DNA of 64,000 nucleotides from Puniceicoccales bacterium (GTDB taxonomy: Bacteria > Verrucomicrobiota > Verrucomicrobiia > Opitutales > UBA953). Made by a program: the position numbers and the translations under genes. This document shows positions 18,605-26,432 of the stretch, piece by piece. The stretch is taken from the NCBI GenBank assembly GCA_031280235.1, contig JAITHA010000052.1, forward strand, positions 13,237 to 77,236. Reading direction: 5' to 3'. Each line of letters opens with the position of its first letter. Within the stretch, counting starts at the first letter, position 1. The notes under the pieces are model-generated. The model was not told the DNA's origin. It saw nothing but the letters and a program-made list of their open reading frames with translations, and did not search any database.

Positions 18605-19765
18605 ATGCAAACAAAAAATATCCACAGCGAAAGAACAATATTGAACGACACCCAACTGGGTCGCTCGTTGCCTGCCGTGCACGAGAACATTCCTGCGCTG
18701 GATGGACTTCGTGCAGTGGCTGTCGTCGGGGTTATTCTTGGCCATGTCAGCGACCTTCTTTTACCGGGGGGGGGCATGGGCGTTGATATCTTTTTTGTCC
18801 TTTCGGGTTTCCTTATCGCGAGCATCATCCACAAAGATTTGCATCAAGGTACGTTCTCTTTCCGTCAGTTTTACCTTCGGCGTATCCAGAGGCTTTTGCC
18901 CAATGCGGCGTTGACGGTGGTGGTGACGCTTCTCTTTGTTTGGCTCATTGCCCCTCAATGGGTGGAAAGGCTTTCAGGGCGCCATGCCATCTGGACTCTT
19001 CTGAATCTTTCCAATATTTTTGCCTTACGTACCCTCGGCAATTATTGGGGTACCGCTGCTTCTGACGCTCCGTTCACTCATTTTTGGTCGCTTGGGATAG
19101 AGGAGCAATATTATGTCCTGTTTCCATTGGTATTTTTCTGTGTTTATAAATTATTTCGTCAGAGAAATAATACGATGCCGATCCTGATTTTCTTTGCTAT
19201 TCTTGCGGTGACTTCCTTTGCATTCTGTTTACGCGAGACATTGCGAGAGCCAACCAGCGCTTTTTTCCTTCCTCAGTTTCGTTTTTGGGAGTTGCTTGCA
19301 GGCGCAGCACTTGCATTGCATGTCAAGCCATTTATCCCAGTCTCAGTGAATCGCCCACGCGCGAAATCATATGTGAAGACAATTTTGGGGATCTTTTGTT
19401 TGGGGGTGATTCCCCTATTCTATTTTCTATATGACGATGGCCTGTTCTTCCCCGGGTGGGTGGCACTGTTGCCGGTTTTGGCGAGTATTGGAGTGATTTT
19501 TTCGATTACTACTTCGAAAGGTATCGCTTCGCAACTACTTTCTTTTAAGCCTGTTGTGCAGGTGGGGAAGTATTCTTATTCGCTCTACCTCTGGCATTGG
19601 CCAGCTATCGTTCTTGCCCGACATTGTCTTCAATTCGAAGACCCGACGCACAGTGCCTTGGTGGGCGCGCTTATAGGAATCCCTTTGGCTGTTTGCGCGT
19701 ACCATCTTGTCGAACGTCCGCTGCGCATTTGTAACGACGGGGGGGGGGGATACGGCGATTTGTGA
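18605..19765 (+). CDS. Acyltransferase-3 domain protein; the 5' part of a second OafA-type gene interrupted at a poly-G tract
   Basis: Colinear paralog of residues 1 to about 385 of 16254-18464. It ends 5 codons after the G11 tract (ICNDGGGGYGDL*). Confidence 0.75.
   Translation: MQTKNIHSERTILNDTQLGRSLPAVHENIPALDGLRAVAVVGVILGHVSDLLLPGGGMGVDIFFVLSGFLIASIIHKDLHQGTFSFRQFYLRRIQRLLPNAALTVVVTLLFVWLIAPQWVERLSGRHAIWTLLNLSNIFALRTLGNYWGTAASDAPFTHFWSLGIEEQYYVLFPLVFFCVYKLFRQRNNTMPILIFFAILAVTSFAFCLRETLREPTSAFFLPQFRFWELLAGAALALHVKPFIPVSVNRPRAKSYVKTILGIFCLGVIPLFYFLYDDGLFFPGWVALLPVLASIGVIFSITTSKGIASQLLSFKPVVQVGKYSYSLYLWHWPAIVLARHCLQFEDPTHSALVGALIGIPLAVCAYHLVERPLRICNDGGGGYGDL
18766..18774 (+). repeat. Homopolymeric G9 tract inside the AT3 part of the second OafA-type gene
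   Basis: Counted directly: ttaccGGGGGGGGGcatggg, encoding LPGGGMG, in frame as sequenced. Confidence 0.9.
19739..19749 (+). repeat. Homopolymeric G11 tract at the frame break of the second OafA-type gene
   Basis: Counted directly: ...gtaacgacGGGGGGGGGGGatacgg... The upstream ORF is in frame 2 and the downstream ORF in frame 1. G12 or G9 would fuse them. Confidence 0.9.
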
Positions 19766-20754
19766 TTACCGTATTACTTTTTATTCTTGCACTGGGCAGC
19801 GCGTTTGCGATGAGAGCAAAATTTTACGCAAGAAGAACAGCAGACAATCTGGCAATTCAAGGAACGGTAGAGAAGCCTGAGCTTGAACCCATATATTATG
19901 GTCATTACCTGCATGATGCGCGTAGAGGAGCCAGGTCGGATCCTGTTGTTTTGGAAGGTCCGCACAAAAATGTGTCGTGGTTTCCAGGGGGCGAGGATGG
20001 GAAGATCCGGTTGTTGAGATTTGATAATCCGTTGCCCTATGATCGGTCCAGAGACCTTGGCATAGTGAAAATGTTTGGCCCTCCTGATGCTTTCCGTGTC
20101 ATGCTCGTGGGGAACTCAATTGCCGCGATGTACGCGCTCGATTTTGAAGGAATAGCGAGAGACAAAAAGATCAACATATGTTTTGCAATCTATGAAGGGA
20201 TGCCGTTGTTTGAAGCGAAGAGGCACTTGTTCACCAAAAGTGATAACGAGGCAGTATGTGAAGAAGTTTCCCGATGGAATCCGGATGCGCTTGTTTTGTC
20301 AATGCTTTGGGATTCTTACCCAACGGCATTTCTTAAAAAGGAGCTTTATGATTTCATTGCAAAAATTCAACCTTATTCAAAAAAGATAATCCTCGTTGCT
20401 CAGCCCCCTACATGTAAATATGGAAATAAGGAGGATCTTCGTGTGAGGATCAATCTGATGGCGATAAAGGAGAAAACGAAGATGCCACGAATGGAGCGAA
20501 ACGAAAATAATGGGCGTTTTTTGCGGAACCTCGCTGTATTGGAGGAAGTCTCTCAGGTTGTTCCTAATTGTTACCTTGTCCGGGTAGACCGTCTGTTTAC
20601 CAAGGCGGATGGCTCTATCCTGTATGCGCAGGAAGGAAAACTTTTCTACAGAGACCCTGAGCACCTTTCCAGAGATGGGGCCGAGCGCGTGCGCCCCTTG
20701 TTTGAAGAGGTGCTAGAGAAAGCGATGAAATTAAAGAAGGAGCAGAATCACTGA
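19762..20754 (+). CDS. SGNH-domain protein with N-terminal TM linker; the 3' part of the interrupted OafA-type gene
   Basis: Colinear with the C-terminal half of 16254-18464. It has MLVGNSIA (block I Ser retained) and DPEHL (DxxH). The GTG start overlaps the upstream TGA as GTGA. Confidence 0.7.
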   Translation: MITVLLFILALGSAFAMRAKFYARRTADNLAIQGTVEKPELEPIYYGHYLHDARRGARSDPVVLEGPHKNVSWFPGGEDGKIRLLRFDNPLPYDRSRDLGIVKMFGPPDAFRVMLVGNSIAAMYALDFEGIARDKKINICFAIYEGMPLFEAKRHLFTKSDNEAVCEEVSRWNPDALVLSMLWDSYPTAFLKKELYDFIAKIQPYSKKIILVAQPPTCKYGNKEDLRVRINLMAIKEKTKMPRMERNENNGRFLRNLAVLEEVSQVVPNCYLVRVDRLFTKADGSILYAQEGKLFYRDPEHLSRDGAERVRPLFEEVLEKAMKLKKEQNH

Positions 20755-20895
20755 ATGCCAATGAAGTTCTAAGCGAATCCCTCTTGCCGAAGCCCCACGA
20801 TGATTTAGGCGAAGGTGCGCGATTGGCAGGAAGGGAAATAGATCTTTCGGGGCTTGGGCATACAGGCGCATTGTCACACACGAAAATATCCAATC

Positions 20896-22050
20896 ATGGG
20901 AAGAAAAAAAACTGTTTTATTTGCCATCGATGCCTTGTATGGCGGCGGTGCGGAAAAGGTACTGATTCATGTTTTGGAACGCCTGGATCGTTCCAAGTTC
21001 GACGTGAGTCTTTTTTTGTTCACGAAGTGTGGGGAGTATCTTAAGAAAGTCCCTGAAGACGTCAAGCTTTTGTTTCTATTTAAGGATCCTTTGGGGTCAG
21101 GGAATGCTTTGGTGCGTTTCTTCCGGCTTGTGTTGCGCTCGCTAGTAATACGTCTTGCCAAGTGTTTCCCTGGCGTTTTGCGCTTTTTTGTTCGCCTTCC
21201 CATGGCGTATGATAGCGGTGTTTCTTTTTGCGAAGGTGTCAACCTTTTATTTTTTGCTGGTTTGGAGGGAAGTTTTGCGCGTCGCGTGAGTTGGATTCAT
21301 CTCGATTTGAGACGCAATTCTTTTGCCTTGGGCTTGCGAGAGTTTTCACGAGTGTTGGGAAAATACGACGATTTTGTTTTTGTTTCTCGTGGGAACAGGG
21401 AGAGTTTTTCTCATTTTTTCCCGGATTTGGAACGCGAGCGCTTGCACGTCATTTATAACCCGGTGGACGTGTCAGGGATTTTGCGCAAAAGTCTGGAGGT
21501 GGAAAACATTCCTTCATCTCCACCGGGGCGATTCCGCATTATGAGTGTGGGGCGCCTTGTATCCGTCAAGCGTTTTGATCGCTTAATAAAAGCGTGCAAA
21601 ATGCTTTGTGCAAATGGCTGCCAAATCGAACTCTTTATTTTGGGTTCTGGCCCAGACGCGCCACAACTCAACAGACTCATTGCCGAATTGGATCTGGGAG
21701 ATGATGTGCACTTGATTCCCTTCCAAGAAAATCCGTATCCATGGCTGAAGAGTGCGGATGTGTTTGTCTCATCTTCGGATTCCGAAGGCCTGCCCTTGGT
21801 TGTTTCGGAAGCCATGATTTTGGGGGTTCCCATTGTGGCGACGCGGACGGTCGGGGCAGGCGAGGTGTTGGAAAATGGCAAGTATGGAGTCTTGACCGAC
21901 TTTTCTGAGTTGGCTTTGGCTGAGGCGTTGATGGGACTTTATCGCGAGCCCCAATTGCGCGAATCTTGCAAGAAAGCGCTCCATGAGGCCTTGGAAAAAA
22001 AGCTCTTGCCATTCAGTGCCACCGTTGAGAGTGTGGAGCGGATACTATGA
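20896..22050 (+). CDS. Glycosyltransferase family 4 (GT-B, group 1)
   Basis: N-terminus VLFAIDALYGGGAEKV. C-terminal motif SDSEGLPLVVSEAMILGVPIVATR (E-x7-E). The start was set at ATG 20896. Confidence 0.8.
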   Translation: MGRKKTVLFAIDALYGGGAEKVLIHVLERLDRSKFDVSLFLFTKCGEYLKKVPEDVKLLFLFKDPLGSGNALVRFFRLVLRSLVIRLAKCFPGVLRFFVRLPMAYDSGVSFCEGVNLLFFAGLEGSFARRVSWIHLDLRRNSFALGLREFSRVLGKYDDFVFVSRGNRESFSHFFPDLERERLHVIYNPVDVSGILRKSLEVENIPSSPPGRFRIMSVGRLVSVKRFDRLIKACKMLCANGCQIELFILGSGPDAPQLNRLIAELDLGDDVHLIPFQENPYPWLKSADVFVSSSDSEGLPLVVSEAMILGVPIVATRTVGAGEVLENGKYGVLTDFSELALAEALMGLYREPQLRESCKKALHEALEKKLLPFSATVESVERIL

Positions 22051-22847
22051 TCGTCGAAGGGCAAAGCATTCGTGCCAGCGTGGTCATGTCCGTCTTGAAT
22101 GGCGGGCAGGCCTTGGTGCGCGCCTTGGACAGTGTTCGCGGGCAGAGTTTTGAGGATTACGAATTCATCATCGTGAATGATGGCTCGACGGATGCGACCG
22201 CAGCGATTTTGGCCGAACACGCACAGCGTGACTCGAGAATACGCTTGATTCACCACGAGCGCAATGTCGGGTTGGCGGCTTCGTTGAACGAGGGTATTGC
22301 TGCTGCGCGGGCGGATTTGATCCTCCGTGCGGATGCGGATGACTTCAATTTCCCCGAGCGTTTTGCCAAACAAGTGGCGTTCATGGAGGCGAATCCCACT
22401 GTTGATGTTCTTGGTGGTGCCATGGAACGTCTAAATACGGCCGGTGTTGTCTTTTCAATTACTCGGCAGCCGGAAACGGACCGGGAGATCAAGGCGAAAA
22501 TGTATCGGCGCGTGCCTTTTTTTCATCCGACTGTTGCCATGCGCAAGACCTTTTGGCAGAAGAATTGCGGCTATGACCCTCGCTGGAAGCGCTGCGAAGA
22601 TTTTGATTTGTGGATTCGTGGCTACAAGAGTGCGCGATACCATAACTTGCCCGATGTTCTTGTGCGCTACCAAGCGCCACGCGAGCTGAAGACGCAAAAT
22701 TTACAGGAGGTTTTCCGAATGATCTTCGCCAATGCCCGCCGCCATGGAGATTGGCTCAAGCCATTGTTGGCCATTGCCAAGTTTTCCATTGCCACTTTCT
22801 ATTTCCGCCTGCGCAAGGGCGGGAGCAAGTATTTTTCCAACGACTGA
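22047..22847 (+). CDS. Glycosyltransferase family 2 (short form)
   Basis: SVVMSVLNGGQAL...FIIVNDGSTDAT...ILRADADD. The ATGA start/stop overlap with the upstream gene suggests translational coupling. Confidence 0.75.
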   Translation: MIVEGQSIRASVVMSVLNGGQALVRALDSVRGQSFEDYEFIIVNDGSTDATAAILAEHAQRDSRIRLIHHERNVGLAASLNEGIAAARADLILRADADDFNFPERFAKQVAFMEANPTVDVLGGAMERLNTAGVVFSITRQPETDREIKAKMYRRVPFFHPTVAMRKTFWQKNCGYDPRWKRCEDFDLWIRGYKSARYHNLPDVLVRYQAPRELKTQNLQEVFRMIFANARRHGDWLKPLLAIAKFSIATFYFRLRKGGSKYFSND

Positions 22848-22859
22848 AAAACGCAAACT

Positions 22860-24221
22860 ATGAATTTGTTGAACTACGCAAAAACGAGCTTGGACGTCTT
22901 GTTGACTTTCTTGTTTTTCTTCTCATTTCCTTGCAACGTCTTTTATCGGAGCAGCGTGCTTGCGCTGCCGATTATCCTTCTGCTTGTGGCATTTAATCGT
23001 AAGACGATGCAGAAAGTGTATGCCCTCGTGCGTACGAGTCAGGTCTGGCGCTCGCTCGCTTGGCCGCTGATTATGGCAATATATACCTGTCTTTGGACGC
23101 GCATTCTTCAGGCCTTTGACGATAGTCTTGTCCGTTCAAGCCTCATTTATTTTGCTTTCCTCGTCGGAAGTTTTCTTCTATACTGCCACCTTAGTCGGCG
23201 TCATGGTCCTCTCGGGGTATTGAGAATTATTTTCTACGTTTTTGTTGTTCAAAGTGTCATCCAGATAATTTCTTTTGTATGGGAACCCTTCTTGCAGCTT
23301 TCGCGAGAGATTAGCCCGATTGCAGAAAGCTCGGATGTATTATATGGGTATATCACATGGCGTGGGTTTGCTTTGAGCGGCGTCAAGTTTTTTGGGCTTT
23401 CGGTGGTCTATTCACTTGTATTTGTATGTCACGTTTTCTTTCAAAAAAAGAATTTTGATTGGAAGGAACTAGTGCTACTTGTCGTCTTTGTTACTGGTGG
23501 TTTATTCAGTGCTCGCTCTTTCTTTTTGGGAATTCTCGTGGCGCTGGGTGTGCTCGTTCTTTCATCGCGAGGGCTTAAAACTATTTTCAAACTGACTCTT
23601 GGCGCGATTCTTTTGATTTTTGCCTTCCCGATCATAGCTCCTATTGAGGTGCAGGAAAAATTCTCTGGCCAACTCTTCCCTTGGCTTTTCGAGTTCTATC
23701 ACAGCTATCAGAATACGGGAAAGGCAACAGTGAAATCCTTCAACGCCCTGATGGACGGGCACCATTTTGCCTTGACAGCGAAACAGATTTTTCTGGGAGA
23801 TGGTTGCTATGAGACTTTCGATGGAATGCCGTACGGTGATACGGATGCCGGTTATTGGCGGGTATTGTTATTTGGCGGAATTCCGTATCTTCTGTTGCGT
23901 GTTTTCTTTATATTGCGGGTACTCCGCCCGATTTATTTATTGCGTCTTCGTAGTGCCAAAATGCTCTTTTTTTCGCTCTTTGGGATGCTCATATTATTTG
24001 AGGTGAAGGGAGATGTTTTGGGCGGGTTAACGATGATGACCATGTGTCTTTTCATCTTTTCGATGAGCGTACACGAGTTGAATTTGACTTGGCATTCAGG
24101 CGCACGCCTTGGGGTGCACGGCTGGGTGTTTCCCAAGTTGTTTCCGCGTAATCTAGGGGTGGCGCGGATCCAGCAGTACCTTCAGGAATCCCCAAAGCAA
24201 GCATCGCCAAAGAAGATATAG
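22860..24221 (+). CDS. O-antigen polymerase/ligase-like (Wzy-type) membrane protein
   Basis: 453-aa protein with at least 10 hydrophobic segments and no soluble domain, inside a Wzx-containing glycan locus. Context and topology call only. Confidence 0.45.
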   Translation: MNLLNYAKTSLDVLLTFLFFFSFPCNVFYRSSVLALPIILLLVAFNRKTMQKVYALVRTSQVWRSLAWPLIMAIYTCLWTRILQAFDDSLVRSSLIYFAFLVGSFLLYCHLSRRHGPLGVLRIIFYVFVVQSVIQIISFVWEPFLQLSREISPIAESSDVLYGYITWRGFALSGVKFFGLSVVYSLVFVCHVFFQKKNFDWKELVLLVVFVTGGLFSARSFFLGILVALGVLVLSSRGLKTIFKLTLGAILLIFAFPIIAPIEVQEKFSGQLFPWLFEFYHSYQNTGKATVKSFNALMDGHHFALTAKQIFLGDGCYETFDGMPYGDTDAGYWRVLLFGGIPYLLLRVFFILRVLRPIYLLRLRSAKMLFFSLFGMLILFEVKGDVLGGLTMMTMCLFIFSMSVHELNLTWHSGARLGVHGWVFPKLFPRNLGVARIQQYLQESPKQASPKKI

Positions 24222-25279
24222 TGAAAATACAAAAAAGCCAGATATTTCTTGTCGGTCATTTCCCTCCACGAATTGGGGGCGTTAGCATTCACCTCGCCCG
24301 AGAGTTTGCGCTTTTGCAACAACATTTCCATATCCGTGGGTTTGACATGGCTGGAGATCGAGAAGAAAGCTCCACCAACGAGCTTTGCAGAGGGCCAACC
24401 TGGCGCGTTATTTTCAAGTTGTTAGCGGAAATTGTCAGCCAGCGCCCGAGAGTGGTTCACTTTCATATTTCGGCTGGAAGAAACGCCCCCGTTATTCTAC
24501 TCATGGTCGCTTGGGCAGCTTTTTTTTCCAAGACGGTTTTGACCATACACAGCGGCTCTTTCCCAGCCTATCTCAAGGCGGTCTCACGGTGGCGACGTTT
24601 CTGTTTTCGACGGCTCTTTAATACCTTGGATTTGTGCATTGGCGTGAGTCGGCAAATCACGGATGCCATCGCTGAAAGTTTTCCCAAAGTATCTTGTCGC
24701 TACGCGGTGATTCCTGCCTTTATTGCCGTGCCAAGGAAACAAAAAAACACAAGGGAGAAACGGGATTATATAATTGCATCTGGCTATGCGACAAAAACAT
24801 ATGACTGGATGTGTCTGCTTGATGCCGTGGAAAAAACCAATGGCCTAAAGCGCTTGGACATGGTGTTTTACAACACCTATCACTCTCCCTATTATGAGCA
24901 GGTGCGGGCGCGCATCCGGGAGATAAAAGATTTGGAAATCCGTATGTTTAACGACCTTCCACAGGACGTTTTTCAAACACTTCTATTGGAAGCAGATATT
25001 TTGGTAAGGCCCACGCTGAATGACGGAGACGCTGTCGTCATTCGGGAAGCCTTGGCAGCCGGGCTCTTTGTTATCGCATCGGATGCGGCTGTGCGACCAC
25101 GCGGCGTGCATCTTTTCCCAACATCAGACCCGGATGCACTTGCACAATGTCTGGATGCACGCGCCTCTTTCCCTGAGACTGAAATACCCGCCAATGAAGT
25201 TGATTTCTCGACACCGCTACTTAGAGCCTTACAGGCACTCGCCTGCATTCCAGGTGACGTGGCGCTGGAGAATGAATAA
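24221..25279 (+). CDS. Glycosyltransferase family 4 (GT-B, group 1)
   Basis: GHFPPRIGGVSIHL near the N-terminus and NDGDAVVIREALAAGLFVIASD near the C-terminus. GTG start. Confidence 0.7.
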   Translation: MKIQKSQIFLVGHFPPRIGGVSIHLAREFALLQQHFHIRGFDMAGDREESSTNELCRGPTWRVIFKLLAEIVSQRPRVVHFHISAGRNAPVILLMVAWAAFFSKTVLTIHSGSFPAYLKAVSRWRRFCFRRLFNTLDLCIGVSRQITDAIAESFPKVSCRYAVIPAFIAVPRKQKNTREKRDYIIASGYATKTYDWMCLLDAVEKTNGLKRLDMVFYNTYHSPYYEQVRARIREIKDLEIRMFNDLPQDVFQTLLLEADILVRPTLNDGDAVVIREALAAGLFVIASDAAVRPRGVHLFPTSDPDALAQCLDARASFPETEIPANEVDFSTPLLRALQALACIPGDVALENE

Positions 25280-25291
25280 GGAGCGCCACAA

Positions 25292-26413
25292 ATGAAATTC
25301 TTATTTTCCAAAACTTCATCACACATTTCCACTGATACGGTAGCGTTGGATGATTTTCGCAACAATAATTTTGATTTGGTCCGTTTATTTGCCGCCTCAC
25401 AGGTTTTATTTTTTCATGGTGCATTTCATCTGAAATATTCTCTTGGCGATTTTTGGTTTTTGGAAGCTTTTAAGGGCGTGCCGATTTTTTTTGTTGTCAG
25501 TGGTTTTCTTGTTTCGGCTTCCTTCGAGCGCAGTGAGAATGTGCGCGGATATTTTTTGAATCGCTCCCTGAGGATTTTCCCCGCGCTCTGGGTCTGTCTC
25601 TTGGCCACGGTAGGCGTTATACTTTGGTATGGTGTGAGTTTCCGTTGGTGTGAGTTCTTGCCGTGGCTTGTGGCTCAGAGCACTTTTGGACAATACTACA
25701 ATCCTGATTTTCTGCGCGGTTTTGCGACAGGAGTGATGAACGGCAGTCTTTGGACGATCCCGATTGAGCTTCAGTTTTATCTTTTTTTCCCGTGCATTTT
25801 TCTTTTGCTGCGGAAAATTTTTAGCCGGACTCCGCGCAATGCGGAGATTGTCGGTGCTTTTGTTTTCTTCCTCTGTTGTGCCCTGTTTGTGCTATGGCTG
25901 CGCGATGTGCTCCCAGGGCGATATTCAGCGGCGTACGCGCTCTTGCATAATTCTGCCATGCGGTATTTTTATCTCTTTGTTCTCGGTTGGTTTCTCCAGA
26001 GGAACATCTTGAGTTTGCGCCGCGTGTTTTTCGGGAAAGCTATTTTTTGGATCAGCTTTCATTATTTTTTTACATGGCTTTTTGTGGTGAAGGTCGGTTT
26101 GCTTTACCATCCAAAGCTGTTCCATTGTTTCAATGTCCTTTCCGATTGCGTCCTTGGCTGTGTGGCCATTTCTTGTGCCTACACCTTTCGTGGTCTTGCG
26201 GCGAAGTTGACACGGGGAAATGATATTTCCTACGGCGTCTATATTTATCACATGCCTTTGGTAAATATAATGATTATCAACGGCCTCTCTGGAAATCCTT
26301 TGTCTTTGCCTATTTTGCTTGTGGGGACTGCCATTTGCGCACTTCTATCTTGGTTTCTCGTGGAGAAACCCTGCCTCGCGTTTAAGAAACGAACACTCCG
26401 CGCTTTGGGGTGA
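25292..26413 (+). CDS. Acyltransferase family 3 (AT3) membrane protein, no SGNH domain
   Basis: FDLVRLFAASQVLFFHG...GVPIFFVVSGFLV...LWTIPIELQFYLFFP. 373 aa, about 10 TM helices. Confidence 0.75.
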   Translation: MKFLFSKTSSHISTDTVALDDFRNNNFDLVRLFAASQVLFFHGAFHLKYSLGDFWFLEAFKGVPIFFVVSGFLVSASFERSENVRGYFLNRSLRIFPALWVCLLATVGVILWYGVSFRWCEFLPWLVAQSTFGQYYNPDFLRGFATGVMNGSLWTIPIELQFYLFFPCIFLLLRKIFSRTPRNAEIVGAFVFFLCCALFVLWLRDVLPGRYSAAYALLHNSAMRYFYLFVLGWFLQRNILSLRRVFFGKAIFWISFHYFFTWLFVVKVGLLYHPKLFHCFNVLSDCVLGCVAISCAYTFRGLAAKLTRGNDISYGVYIYHMPLVNIMIINGLSGNPLSLPILLVGTAICALLSWFLVEKPCLAFKKRTLRALG

Positions 26414-26432
26414 ATTTTTATCCAAAAACACA

